Positions 1 to 19,438 of a stretch of 64,000 nucleotides of DNA are shown here, piece after piece. Origin of the DNA: the human T2T-CHM13v2.0 reference genome, Homo sapiens; the NCBI RefSeq assembly GCF_009914755.1, contig NC_060934.1; one strand, written 5' to 3'. The translations under genes were made by a program, and so were the position numbers. The notes under the pieces are model-generated. The model was not told the origin of the DNA, searched no databases, and saw only the letters and a program-made list of their open reading frames with translations. The first letter of the stretch is position 1; the number at the start of each line of letters is the position of its first letter.

Positions 1-1100
<1,100 letters not shown>

Positions 1101-2995
1101 CTTTAGAATTCATCCTCCTGGAATGTTCATGGTCTCATAGGCATCAGGTATTTCCTTATTAGCTTAAATATTTTCCTTTGGTCAACAGCAGTTTTTTTTT
1201 TTTTTTTACAACGTTTAAATTTTATAGTTGGCTTTCTTTCCTTAAATCAACAGCAAACAACAAAAACCTCAGCCATACATGTAGGGCTCCAAGGCTTATG
1301 TCAGACATGTAGACAACATAACATATAGCAGCAATGCTTCTTTCAGTGGACTTTTTTTCACAGTTACTGGTTTACTGACTGGTTTACTGTTGAGAAGCAG
1401 ATTATTTATATAGCCATTTGTCAACATGAGAGGTTTTTTAGTTCCTTATTGCCCCATACATTTCAGTCTTTAAAAAATTTTTTGTTTTGTTTTTACTTAT
1501 CTTTAAAACCAAACTTTAAATATTGTAACTGCAGCCTTAACTCCTTAAGGGAAATCTTAAAAATGAACAAAACAATACAATACAACTTACAACCCTGCTA
1601 CCCTATCAAAACTGTTTCGTTTTGTTGTATTCCCTCCTTTCTGTTCACATATATGTAATTTCCACAAAGTTGCAATCATACTGTGCATGCAATTAAGAAT
1701 TTTTATTTGACATAGGTGATATTCATATTGTTCAAAAATTTTAGAAACCCTGGGAAGAATATAGATGACACAAGAGCAGGTGCCACATCACAAAGTCTAT
1801 AAAAGGCCAAGGAAAGGGGAGGGAGGCCAGAGAAAAAGCTGACCTGGAGGTTAAAAAGGCAGAATTGACCAGCTGAGCTGGGCAGAGGAACCCACTTGGT
1901 AGTTTGGCTACCTTTAGTGTGTTTGGAGGAAAGGAGATTGTTGCCTCACCTCCTGGCACTGTTCGGTATTACCTCTGTCAAAGAAGTTTCCATCCAAACA
2001 AAACCCACTGTGTAGCTCCACCCTTTTTGTCTAAGATGTTAGTTGTCAATGTGGAAACTCTGAATATTAATATTTATTGTATCTAAAGAATTTTTAAAGA
2101 AATTTGCCTTTTTTTTTTCTCTTTCAACTTGTTTTCTGGTCACCTCTCTAAATAATGCATACATCTGTTCTAGGCTTATAAAATCATTGCTGCCTCTAAG
2201 TCCAAGCGAGTTGTTGGCATAAATGTGACTATCAGTATAAGAACCTGTTTTGTATGATTAAAGGTTTGCTAATTTATTAGCATTTGTAAGCAGATTCAAA
2301 ATAGGGTTGAACCATTTAGACTATATTTTGAATTTATTAGCATTTGGTTTTATTTCTTTGCCAAAGGCCTGGACTAACAGAATTTTTTCTACCTCCCTTT
2401 TATTTTGCAGTTAAAAAAAATCCCTTAAAAATTACACCATAATACAAGGTGGTGTTTAATAAAATCATAATTTTTATTTTAGGAAATTTCACTTGTGTAT
2501 AAAAGTAAAGAGAACAGTGCAGTAAATCCCCATTTACCCACTACCCAGCTTTAACAATTATCAACATTTCGCCATTTTAAAAGCATTTTAAATAAATAAA
2601 CAATATTGAATTTTAGAAGATGAAAGCTTTATCCTGTCACTATGTATACATGAAGAATGATTTGGGTTTTTGTTTTTTTAGCATAAATGGAATCACATTA
2701 TACATACTGTTTTGTAAAATGTATTGGACATCTCTTATCTTTTCATGTCTATACATGTAGATATAAGTAGACTTCATTTCTTTTAACATCTGTATAGTAT
2801 TACATTGCATGGCTGTGCCATAAGTTATTTAACCAATCCCTATGGTATGGTATTTCCAGTTTTTCATTGTTATAAATAATTTTCATTGTTATAAATAATG
2901 CTGCAGTATTTCTCTTCTTTATTTTATTGTTTGATGATTTCCTTGGAATTAATTTCTAAAAGTATAACAGCTGGATCAAAGGTTAAACACATTGA

Positions 2996-3344
<349 letters not shown>

Positions 3345-3968
3345 TGTACTAGTAATTTGCATAACTAACAGCAACATATGTTGTTGCCCATTCTTCCATA
3401 TCATTGCCAAAACCAACGAACCCTCTCTTTGAGGAGTTTAGAAGCATATCCAATAGGGACAGAAGAATACCCCTTCTTGGTCCCCATTTGAAATTCTTAT
3501 TGCAAGAATTTAATATGTATAACAATGAACTTTTTTTAAGAAACTATACTTGACATTATACTGGAAGATTATTACTTCAAATATAGATCTTCACTTTGAA
3601 GTGCTAACAACATTCTTCATCAAGTAGTACTGACAACTGTCTGAGCCAGCAGAATATTTTTGTATTGAATATTTTTTAATCCAAGATAACTTGTCTTATT
3701 TTAACTAACATTTTCTCTAGATGCATATTATTACTTCTAGCTTTGTTTCTTTGCTTTCCTTTGCTTGATAATATTGATTACATGCTTAAAATGTTAGAGG
3801 AAAGACAACCCTATAGATACAAAGTTTCAAGTGTTTTCCCCAAATTGGAAATGTTGTTATGTCCTCTGGATTTTGATCCTGATCTAGGGTTTTCAAATGG
3901 TAAGATTTTCACAATGAAAAAAAAATCAACCCTTGAAATATGGAAAAGGAGATTAAAAAGTTAATTGT

Positions 3969-4258
<290 letters not shown>

Positions 4259-4784
4259 GTTAATTGTTAGCTTATGTAAAGGATTACATTAAAACTTGTG
4301 GAACCAACAGTACATCTTGTGTGGTAATGTGAAGCATTGTTTCTATGTTGTGTAAGATTTGAGGATGAGATTGTGTTCCTTAATTTAACATCTTTGTTTT
4401 ACAGTAGTGAGGAATAATGTAATTACATCAATTTTATAGTTTATGCAACTTGGCTGCAGTTTCCTGTGGCTTGTTTGTACTCAGCCTGTGAGAGTCATAG
4501 AACCGTAGTCTCATAGCCTCATCTTTTAACACTCTTTGAATAATAACATCATATAAGGGGAAAGTATTACTATTACCATGTTGCCTTTTAGGTAGGAGGC
4601 TATACCTGGAGGCAGTTTAAACTTTTAAAATCAAAGGCGGTACCAAAAAGAAGCAGGGCTGGACAAGTAGATGAGGTAGGTGAACAGTGAGGTCATGACA
4701 AGGCTAAGTAGAAGGACAAGTTGAGGCAGTTTATGAGAAGAGAGTTTAGTGACTAACTTTGGGATTTTTTGTTCTTTCTTGCAG

Positions 4785-4888
4785 GAAGCAGTTGGCTATC
4801 TTGGCTGACCTAGTGAAAGATTTACCACTGGAGTTTGACTTCCTCTTTTCACAGTCTCAAGCAGAAGTGATCTCTGGGAAGCAGGAAG
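4785..4888 (+). CDS. ENTPD7: ENTPD7 coding exon (KQLAILADLVKDLPLEFDFLFSQSQAEVISGKQE)
   Basis: ttgcag|G acceptor and AAG|gtactg donor; start of apyrase conserved region 3 (ISGKQEG). The gene's 5' exons lie before the window. Confidence 0.95.
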
Positions 4889-5736
4889 GTACTGGGCCTT
4901 AAGGGGTGCAGCTGGTTAACCTCTAAGCCAACCATGGCACAGCCTCTCTAACGGGTGTTTAGAATTATTCTATATATCGGATTTTAATTTTTCTGCCAAT
5001 AATTTTCTTGATTCTGCTACATAGTTGATTTGATTATTTGCATATTTTGCATTGGCATCTGTTTAGAATGCTGGTTCTGGAAGTCAAAAATGTATATCTC
5101 TTTTTAACTTAGTACTAAGCAATATGTTTATAAGAATGTATTAGTATTTAATGATTTCAGTTGGATATTTGGTTAGCTAACTGTACTTTTGAAAACATAT
5201 ATAGTTCTAGGAGTTGTATTGAGTTTGTCAAAGTCAAATGTAAGGTAAATTATTAAAGTAAGGAGAAACTTTAATTCCAAGGGATGATCAGAATGAGTTA
5301 CTTTTGTTTTGTTATGCCTTCATTGCAATTACTATGCAGTATTGATAATTCCCTGGAATCTCACACTATTGGGTTTGTACTTTTAGAGTGAATATGTGTT
5401 CTCATGCAGCCAAATTGGCCAGTTTGATGAATTATATTTCCATTTCTTATAAACGAGAAGGAGATTTATATGTCTTCTAATTGCAGACATATACATGGGA
5501 AAAGATTTACCTTTTAAAATTTCAGTATTGCATTTTTCAGTTGTAAAATTTCTATTTTGATCTTCTTAATATTCTATTTCTTTTCTTTTCTGTTTCTTTG
5601 CTGAGACCTTCTATCTTTCCATTCATTGTAGGACTGCCCATATTTCTTGGTTATATGGTTGCTCTAATATCTTTGATAATTCCAATATATGTGTCATCTC
5701 AGAGTTGGCATCTTTTGATTGTCTTTTCTCTTGTGA

Positions 5737-6206
<470 letters not shown>

Positions 6207-6225
6207 CGTGATTCTATTAGTTCAT

Positions 6226-6253
6226 TTTTCTTTTCTTTCTTTCTTTCTTTCTT

Positions 6254-6287
<34 letters not shown>

Positions 6288-6566
6288 AGACAGAGTCTCG
6301 CTCTGTCATCCAGACTGGAGTGCAGTGTCGTGGTCTCGGCCCACTGCAACCTCCGCTCCCTGGTTCAAGCGACTCTCCTGCCTCAGCCTCCCGAGTAGCT
6401 GGGACTATAGGCGTGTGCCACCACGCCTGGCTAATTTTTTGTATTTTTAGTAGAGACGGAGTTTCACTGTGTTAACCAGGATGGTCTTGATCTCCTGACC
6501 TCATGATCCACCCACCTCAGCCTCCCAAAGTGCTGGAATTACAGGTGTGAGCCACCGTGCCCAGCC
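6226..6566 (-). mobile_element. AluS with long (CTTT)n/T tail
   Basis: Alu consensus. Confidence 0.9.
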
Positions 6567-7695
6567 TATTCATTCATTTTTCAAAGCCTTGGCCACTGCT
6601 ATTTGGATTTGTCCTGTGTATCAGCCAGTGGCTAATCTGGAACCTGGGCAGTGGCCTAGCCTGTAGTTCAGCTCTCAGAGCTGTTTGGATATTGTTTAGG
6701 GTCAGATCCATGTATTTGTAGCTTGGAGGTGAGCCCAGGGGTTCATACACAACTTTGCTCCCTACTGTCTGTGATCCCTCTGCCACTTTCTGGTTCCTTG
6801 GAGCTCCCTTTCATGATCCTCCTGTCAGAATACCAGGGCTTTAATTTGCCCACTCTCTGCCATGCACTTCTCATGACTGCATCTGCATCCAGGGCCAAGC
6901 GGTAGGAGGACAGAGGGAGCCTAAATAAACAATAGGATTTGTTTCACAGTCTTGAAGCTACAGCTTCTCTGGTCAGAGAAAAGAATTCAAAGCCCTCAGA
7001 GTTTTAGGTACCTGCTCAAATTCTACCTCTGTTGCCTAAGGTTAGAGAGAACAAAATAAGAAAGAAAAAAAAAGCAGGAGATTTCCCTTATTTTCTCTGA
7101 ACTTTTGGCATTCCTTTTTCTGTTCTTTGGACCAGAAAATGAGTTGAAGTTCCTCTGTTCACACCTGGTGTTTACTTTCATGTTTCAAGCTGCTCTTAAG
7201 TCTAGACCAGGTAATATCTGAGGGGGAAAAAATGGGACACTCACTACTGGCTTGGTGGTAGTTTAAACCCTGGTCTCTTTCCCGGTGTGCTCATTATCAT
7301 TTACTTTCAGAGTTTCCAGAAAGCTGCTCCATGCATTCTATCTAGAGTTTATATTTGTATTCAGTGGGGAGACAAGATTGCCCAGAACTAGAACTCCAAA
7401 ATTTACATTTTTTCTTTTTTTTCGATATCTTCGTGACATTCAGATGATTTATACTTCTTAGACATTTGTTATACAATTAATTTCTATTCATTGAGGAAAT
7501 TTAGAAGATGCAAATAATTTTAAAAGGGAAAAAAATCACAAGATGAAAGATTTGAAATTCCTACATTGAGAGTATGGAATAAAATACTATGATTACTTTT
7601 TCCAAGAAAAAGAGGAAAGAGAAGCCCTAAGGGAGAGGTGTATACATGGCATAGCAGTAGAGAATTAAGTGAGGGCTTTTCTGTTTCTTACTTAG

Positions 7696-7752
7696 GGGTT
7701 TATGCATGGATTGGAATCAACTTTGTTTTGGGAAGATTCGACCACGAGGATG
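7696..7752 (+). CDS. ENTPD7: ENTPD7 coding exon (GVYAWIGINFVLGRFDHED)
   Basis: cttag| and |gtgagt; phase matches neighbouring exons; ACR3 EGxYAW motif. Confidence 0.95.
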
Positions 7753-7899
7753 GTGAGTAATATTGTCTTTTTATGACAGTTTACCTAAGGGCTGAAGATT
7801 TAAGTTATAACCTATCAGTAGCATGTAAATGCAAATTTTGAGTTGTTTTTCTTTTTTCAAACATAAGATGCTTCATTTTCCAGTCCTAATTTGCTTTCT

Positions 7900-9980
<2,081 letters not shown>

Positions 9981-9994
9981 TATACTTGTTTGCT

Positions 9995-10292
9995 TTCTTT
10001 TTTTTATTTTGAGACAGGTTCTCTGTCACTGAGGCTAGAGTTTAGTGGTGCGATAATAGCTCACTGCAGCCTCGAACTCTTGGGCACAAATGATCCTCTG
10101 GCCTCAGCCTCCTGAGTAGCTGGGACTACAGGTGTGCACCACCATGCCCAGCTAATTAAAAAAATTTTTTTTTTTTTATGAGAGTGTCTCACTATGTTGC
10201 CTAGGCTGGTCTTGAACTCCTCGGCTCACATAATCCTCCCACCTTGGCCTCCCAGTGTTTTGGGATTACAGGTGTGAGCCATGGCACCTGCC
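9995..10292 (-). mobile_element. AluJ
   Basis: Diverged Alu. Confidence 0.88.
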
Positions 10293-10386
10293 TGCTTTCA
10301 AATTTTCAAGGGATTGCTGTTTTGGGGGTTTGACTTAATTTTATTTTTTAATTACTAGGGCCTTTTTGTTCTCTTATTTATTTCAG

Positions 10387-10520
10387 AATCAGATGCTGAG
10401 GCTACCCAGGAATTGGCAGCAGGACGGAGAAGGACAGTAGGGATACTGGATATGGGAGGAGCCTCTCTCCAAATTGCTTATGAAGTTCCTACCTCAACCT
10501 CTGTCCTTCCTGCAAAGCAG
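10387..10520 (+). CDS. ENTPD7: ENTPD7 coding exon (ESDAEATQELAAGRRRTVGILDMGGASLQIAYEVP...KQ)
   Basis: tttcag| and |gtactt; ACR4 motif DMGGAS. Confidence 0.96.
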
Positions 10521-10569
10521 GTACTTTACCTTTTAGGGAAATTTAGTTGCTAGGAATGCTAGTATTTGA

Positions 10570-10810
10570 GAAGGAAGGACACTGTCTTTGGACTTAGACC
10601 AACCTACCTGGCTCTAAATATTTGTTCAGATACTTGCTAGCTTGCGTTATCTTGAGTAGGTTACCTCTCTGAGCCTCAGCTTCCTCCTGTGTGAAAAAGG
10701 AATAATAATAGTATCTACCTCATAAAGTTATGAGGATGAAATAATACCATGTTTGTAAAGCATTTAGCAAACTGTCCAGCATAAGTGTTCGATACATTTT
10801 AACAATTATA
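10570..10810 (+). mobile_element. MIR
   Basis: MIR core ctctctgagcctcagcttcctc...taatagtatctacctcat. Confidence 0.75.
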
Positions 10811-11200
10811 ACTATACTAGGTATCTCCTGCCATTGCTGAGGATAAACATGATAATGCATTTACATTCTGGAGCACAGTATTTGATACATATCTATTGTT
10901 CAATAAATGTTATTCCCTTTCCCCTTACTGATGATTCCATTCTGGGCCTTCTAATAATCCTTACCCCACTAGAATGTAAAGAATGTATTTTGAGGGAGAA
11001 GTTTCATCCTACACAGACACTTTTTGTACAGCCATTATGTACACCTATTATGTACACCCATTATGTGCAAGGAATAGACAATATTATGTACAAGGAATAG
11101 ACATGTGAGTTACACTGTCCCTAAAAACTTATAATTTATCTGTCAGTGGAGACAGCTTGTGATATCAGGGAGACTGTAGCAGTGCTTAACTTGATCTAAA

Positions 11201-11410
11201 CCAGGGCTTCTCATCGTTGGCCCTCTTGACATTTTGGGTCAGATAATTCTTTGTCATCAGGGGTTATCCCATGCATCATATGATATCTCTTGCCTATACC
11301 AGATGTCAGTAACAACCCTCCCCCTTCCAGTTGTGACAATCAAAAGTGTCTCCAGACATTACCAGATGTGTGGGGCAGGGTGGAAATTGCCCATCATTGA
11401 GAACATCTGG
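11201..11410. mobile_element. MER20 (hAT-Charlie)
   Basis: cag...ttctca and tgagaac...ctg termini, gacattttgggtcagataattctttgt core, NTCTAAAC-like flanks. Confidence 0.8.
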
Positions 11411-11429
11411 TTTAAACAGAGAGCTGTGG

Positions 11430-12430
11430 CAATATGGGGACTGGCAGCCAACTTAGTTTGCAAAGTTGAATGGGAGCCATTCTTGCTTCATGGAAGGTAA
11501 AGTATTTACCTGGGCCTTGGATGAGAGTAGGCTTTTTTTTTTTTTTGCAGAGTGGAGGCTGAGGGAAGGCCACCTGCATGGAGGGAACACTATATACAAA
11601 GGCACAGAAAAAGCAGCACAGAGGCCAGAATGTCCAGGGAATGACGAATAGCCTTTTGCAGTATAGGATTTTCAGGTGTGCTAGTAGTTAAGACTGGGAA
11701 GATAAGATGGAGCTAAATCATGAGCAGTATTGAGTGCTATCATAAGGGGACTGGCTTTTATTTCCATAGATAGTGGAAAACCACCAAAAGTTTTTGAGTA
11801 AGGCAGTCACATGGGCCTCAGTTTCATTTATAAAATAATTAAACTGTGAAGGTCCTTCTCAGCTCTGAATTTTGTGATGATGTCAGTTGTGTGACTGTGA
11901 TCTGATCTTTTTGTAGTGAAAAAATTTTTGTGTCAGTAGGAGAAAGAATATAGGTCACGGAACCTTGAGTGAGAAGTAATAAAGGGCTGAGTTAGACAAA
12001 GTAAGTGGAAATGAAAGGGAGGGGACAGATTTCAGGGGATAGTTTGGAGTGAAAACCCAATGTAATTGAGCGATTGATTGTGGTAGTGTGAGTAGGGTGG
12101 GAGGATGGCCAGCAGTGCTGAGGATCTATCCTAGATAACCAGAAGACTGAGGAACCCAGTAACTGAGAGAAGAGCAACAGGGGTAAGGGCAGGGGTGATA
12201 TTAAGCAAACAGTATTGTCCTGAGAGATCTGGATGAGAGCGTCTATCTGGTCTTCTAGTTCAGAAGTTGTAAAACTAATGACTTCAATTTTGGATATATT
12301 GAGTTTAAGATATCCAAGGAACATATATGTCAGAATATCCACAGGACTGTTGGAAATGTGAGTTTAGCAGTCAGCAGAGAATTTCATGCTGGGGTTGGAA
12401 ATGTGGGGGACTAACTAGGTTGTGATACTT
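11430..12430 (-). mobile_element. L2 fragment
   Basis: L2-typical AG-rich segments (ttttggatatattgagtttaag, gatagtggaaaacca). Confidence 0.6.
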
Positions 12431-12639
12431 TTTAGTCTATATTCGTTAGTATGTATTTAACAGGTAAAACGAAGGCATGGATCTGATACTAAGAAATAGG
12501 TGACAAGTGGGACTGGGGCTTCAAGTCTTAAAGAAATGACTTTTGTGTGTGTGCAGATTTAGAAAGGAACATGGTTATGGAAAGCAACACTGGTACGGAA
12601 TGCATACTTGCAAGCAACAAATTAGATTTACATATAGCA

Positions 12640-12941
<302 letters not shown>

Positions 12942-13059
12942 CTACACATAGCAATATAATGGCTCTTCAAGATGAATCTTAGTGCTTGGTAAAAATGAAA
13001 GAAACTGTGAGACAATGGCATTTAAAACATTTTAAATAATCCTGAATGCCTAATATATT

Positions 13060-13947
<888 letters not shown>

Positions 13948-14249
13948 TAATAATACACATATACAAAAATTATACATAACACATTAGAATGGTTGCCCAT
14001 GGCAGAGAATGGAATGAGATTAAGTATGAAGATAAAAGAGAATAAATAAATAAAGCAAAAGAGAGGCTTTGCCATGATAATGTGGAATGAGCTGAGGAAT
14101 ATGATTAATTCAGCCTCTGCCCTTGAGGTTCAAGAAAAAAATATAGCACCTTTTCATTGGCGGTACAATAAAATTGAACTTTCCCAATCCCCAAACCTGT
14201 CATAAGGAACCTTAGGGCTTCTTGGATAATGTTAGAAAAGGCCACAGAA

Positions 14250-14756
<507 letters not shown>

Positions 14757-14960
14757 TTAATTTAGTGTCTAATTTGTACCTTTTAGTGCAGTCTTGTCAT
14801 TTTGTGTCTTTGTTTAAAATAATGCTATGAGGATGAAAGAATGCTTAAGATGTTTTAAAGAGTAGTCATAGAAATGAAGCCTCGTGTATTAGCAATGTCA
14901 TAGCTTTCTAGAAGGCAACCAAAACTAAAATTCCCTTTTTCTCTTGGTATTGTATTATAG

Positions 14961-15127
14961 GAAGAAGCTGCCAAGATCCTGCTGGCTGAGTTCAACCTGG
15001 GCTGTGATGTGCAACACACTGAACACGTGTACAGGGTTTATGTCACAACTTTTCTGGGTTTCGGAGGCAACTTTGCCCGGCAGCGCTACGAAGACCTTGT
15101 TCTGAATGAAACTCTTAACAAAAACAG
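14961..15127 (+). CDS. ENTPD7: ENTPD7 coding exon (EEAAKILLAEFNLGC...TFLGFGGNFARQRY...NKN)
   Basis: ttatag| and |gtacat; open in-phase frame with the NTPDase FLGFG motif. Confidence 0.95.
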
Positions 15128-15706
15128 GTACATTTGATATGGGATCTGAGTTTCTGAAATATAATGTCAGGCTGCAGATATTAGGGAGAAATACTCACAT
15201 CCTCCTAAGACAGATAAGTCCCTGCTTCCTCCTTCTTTCTGACTACCCCTGCCAATGGGGTAGCATCTCTTAAAGACCTCTATTAGCAGTCCCACTCTGG
15301 GTGAGGGTGCATTCTGATCTTTGTTATTAGGACTCATAAAGTACAGTAGCTTATTGTGATCTCTTGCTGTTTCCCATATTCAGACCTAACATCATGGGAA
15401 AAGGGAGATGAATTAAATTGCCAGTTTAAAATGTACAATATATAGTGTAGCTGCTAGCAGTTCCTTCTGCATGGAAGTGTTCAAGACATGTTTGTTGAAT
15501 TACAGTGCAGTTGCATCTTTTGTGAGAGTTCAGTTCTGTAGTATGTCTAAAAGATAAAAAGCAAGCATAGTTAAAATTAACTTTTAAAATGGTCTCTCAT
15601 CAAATTCATAATAGTCAGTTTTTCCTTTAGCATTGGACAGATCACAGATTCTTCATTTGAGTACCAGATGAAGTAGTTAGACCTTAATGTACAAACAGTG
15701 GTGGGA

Positions 15707-17165
15707 TTTCTTGTTTCTTTTTTGTTTTTTAAGTCTGTAAAATTATTTATTTTATCATTAAGCACACTGAAGGAAAGCATAAGAGAAAGCAGAGTTCTTT
15801 TCCATCATTAAATTTACACAAAATTTTGGAATGAAACCAGTTTAAGTAATTGGGTGATTGATTGTGGTGGCGTAGGTAGGGCAGGGAGGATGGCCAGCAG
15901 TGCTGAGGGTCTAGCCTAGGTAACCAGAAGGGTGAGAAACCCAGTCACGGAGAGAAGGACCACAGATGAAAGGGCAGGGCTGATACTAAGCAAACAACAC
16001 ACTTACCTACGTATACTTAACCATTTAGCTACGAACACTAGCTTGAAGAAGTACTGGTATACCCCGTTTGTAATAATTTATCCACAGCAATCAATTATCT
16101 TATATTTACGGCATGTTGAAGAAAATATTGTCCCATAAGTCTATTTTGTTTTTGTAAGTCTTAGTCTCTAGGAGTTCAAGGTGCTTTGGGAGAATCCTGG
16201 TGCCCTGGATGATTGACTAATGCATTAAAATCAAGTGGTGTGTTTGTATTCTGAAAGTACTCCTAAATCTATACAAACATTGCTTGGGTTGAGGTGCTCA
16301 GATGTCTCCTGCAGGCACCATGATGTTTGAAGATCATTTGTTTTGAAAGTTTCACACCAGTTTTGGTTTTCCTTCTTCATTAGCTGCTGTGCTTCCTTTT
16401 CCGTTTTCTTCTTTTGTTCTACTCCTTTCTTTTCTGTCTGCTGTTTTCTGCTGCCTCCAAACTACTTCTTGCCAGACTGCATCTTCTTCCCATGCGTTGG
16501 TATTTTCTTGCCAAGTAGCTAAGTCACCTACATCAGGTGACTGATGAGTAAAAGGCATATCTTGTGTAGCTGCCAGTCTATTAACCTATTTCCTGAGATG
16601 GCAAAATGATCATTGTCTCTTCTCAATAACAATTTTCTGAGTTTTCCTTACAGTTGGTGTCACATCCTTAAAATAGTCGGTTCCAGTTGTTGTAAAGTGT
16701 TCTGTTGTACTGCCTCATTCCATTCTCACCCTCGGTCTTTACACCTGTGGGCGCATCCTCATTCTAAGAAGTCCACTCTTCAACATCTGTCTGTTTAGGA
16801 ACTGATGAATAATTAACTGCAATTGGCAAAGTTACTTGGACCCCAACTTAATTTCTGTCCTTGGACAGATCTTCATACTCATCATTTTGAGGAATGAGAA
16901 TATGGTTGCTAGGCAAGTATAAACTCAAAATAACTGGACCTGTGTTACGGCCATGGTGGGAATCAAAGCTTTCCAGTCTTCTCCCCACTCAGAGGCTCCA
17001 GGCTCTGCAGGTGGCTTCCTGGAGCTGGTGCTGTGCCTGTTCTGTTCCAGCACTGCTCATTCAGAGGCAGGCATGGGCTCCATCACCATTGCCAGCCATT
17101 GCACATGGGCCACTGCCGTGGTCTGCTCTTCAGGAATCTCTCCCCACAGTCCTTCCCACCTCACC
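15707..17165 (-). pseudogene. EBAG9P1: Processed pseudogene of EBAG9/RCAS1
   Basis: Intronless minus-strand copy. ccaccATG at 16954 gives MAVTQVQLF*VYTCLATIFSFLK; later segments read VNYSSVPKQTDVEEWTS*, YFKDVTPTVRKTQKIVI, WQENTNAWEE and GVKLS (~16342), with stops and frameshifts. The 3'UTR has AATAAA (~15746-15751) and a degenerate poly(A) tail at 15707-15730. The 5' end is approximate. Confidence 0.9.
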
Positions 17166-17538
17166 CCCTACCAGTTGTATTTTTAAACATTAGAACCACA
17201 CTCCGCACGATAAGGTCCTTGCACTTTTAGGAGGTACGTGGGAATGAAGACCAGATGGAGAACAGCAGATTCACATCTCCAATTTCACTACAGACTAGGA
17301 AATACACATGTTGACTAAAATGTCGAACAGAATTGATCACCATATTCCTCTCTTTTTTTTCTAAATTTAACTTGCTGAAGTTAAATGTTTATGTGATGAA
17401 ATTGCACTCCATCCTCGTTTCTAGAGATATCATGAAAACCAGTAGTAAGATATTTCTGATGCACATTGTGTTTCTTAGACTAGGTTGAATACAGGCATGA
17501 CGTGTTTGTTTGTTTGTTTGTTTTTGTCATTGTGGCAG

Positions 17539-17863
17539 ATTGCTTGGTCAGAAGACAGGTCTGAGTCCCGACAATCCATTTCTGGATCCCTGCCTGCCAG
17601 TGGGACTCACAGATGTGGTGGAGAGGAACAGCCAAGTCTTACATGTCCGAGGAAGAGGAGACTGGGTGTCTTGTGGGGCAATGCTGAGCCCCCTGCTGGC
17701 TCGCTCCAACACCAGCCAGGCCTCACTCAATGGCATATATCAATCGCCTATTGACTTCAACAACAGCGAGTTCTACGGCTTCTCTGAGTTTTTTTATTGT
17801 ACAGAGGATGTGTTGCGCATTGGTGGCCGCTACCATGGGCCAACATTTGCCAAGGCTGCTCAG
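17539..17863 (+). CDS. ENTPD7: ENTPD7 coding exon (LLGQKTGLSPDNPFLDPCLP...FSEFFYC...AKAAQ)
   Basis: Inside ORF 17510..17875; ggcag| and |gtaaat. Confidence 0.96.
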
Positions 17864-18573
17864 GTAAATTATTAATGATAAACATGGCTTATGCTGGCAG
17901 CAGCCATTTATTGAATGCCTCACTCTGTGCCAGGTGCTGTGCAAAGGGCTTTGCATACAGAATCTCACTTGTTCTTTGCAGGAGCCCTTTGAACACTCAT
18001 TTTACAGATGAGGAAGTGGACAGAGAACTTAAGGATCTAGCTATGCTGTACTGCCTTCTAATTAACTAAATTTATTTTCCATGGATGTCATACCACCCAA
18101 ATTATTACCCAGGCATAAAATTTTTGTGTTGGCTAATGGTTTTTCTTCCAACTTTCCAATAGTCTTGTTTAATGTTTATGCCCAAGAAATGTCACCTCCA
18201 GTATTTTTCCTCTTGCTAGCTATTTTCTGTTGTAATGTGCTTTTGGAGATGATATCACCCAGAGGGGCAAGCCCATCTTTCTTTTGGTTTGAGGTATTAA
18301 GAGGCAGAGTGGTATGGGGTCCCTGGGAATATTAGATGTTGTAAAAAGCAATGATGGTGGAAGTTTGTTTAGATTTAAAATAGAGGAGTAAAAATTCACT
18401 CTGAGCATATATAGGACTTAAGCATCATATAAGTTTAAATCATTGGTACCTGGACAGATGAAAGTTTAGCCAGCTTTCTATCATTTTCTGCTTTATTTAG
18501 GGCCATCTCTTTGAATTGTTGCGTGTCTCTATCTTTTTCATCAGAGAAACGAATGGGAGAATCTGTCCTCATA

Positions 18574-18870
<297 letters not shown>

Positions 18871-19396
18871 TCTCCTCATATTTCCCTCCCTCCCTCCCTT
18901 CCCTCCTTCTTCCCTGCCTACCTTTCTCTTTCTTTCTTACAATTCTCTAGGGTTCTCTTAGTGTAAGGCTTCCAGCAAAATAATATCTGCAGTATCTGTA
19001 CTGTTCTGTTCCCAAAAGACAGTCCTTAAGAAATACTGTGGGACACCTGGTTTGTATTTGCTCCTTTCTCTCCAGCCTCCAGGACGACCTTCACGCTCCC
19101 TGTTTTTCTGGAGCCCAGAGCTCCCTAACTATCCATGGCCTGACTCTTTCTCTTATCTCAAAACTTCTTCAAATTCTATTCCCTTGAACACCAAAAGGCT
19201 CAAGTTATTGGGCTTAACATATTATCTTTTCCAGGTAAAAGCGATTTTTTTCCCTTACCTTTTTAACTTTGACTCAAACGTTATCTTCCCAGAGCCACCT
19301 TCTGGGACCACTCTATCCAAAATGACAACGCTCCCCATATTACCTGTTGCCCTTTCCTGCTTTATTTTTCCCTGAGCATTTATGTTATCCAACGTA

Positions 19397-19398
<2 letters not shown>

Positions 19399-19436
<38 letters not shown>
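19399..19436. repeat. (GT)n microsatellite within an L2 3' end
   Basis: About 19 GT units. Confidence 0.95.

Positions 19437-19438
<2 letters not shown>

Noticed and set aside
1183-1255. Poly-T tract flanked by tcaacagca repeats (possible tiny retro-insertion)
   Set aside because: Too short to assign a source, and the TSD lacks the L1 endonuclease signature
2862-2899. 19-bp tandem duplication (similar one at ~11035-11103)
   Set aside because: Ordinary slippage duplications within old repeats
16352-16558. ORF resembling the EBAG9 C-terminus as a possible expressed peptide
   Set aside because: Frameshifted fragment of a decayed retrocopy
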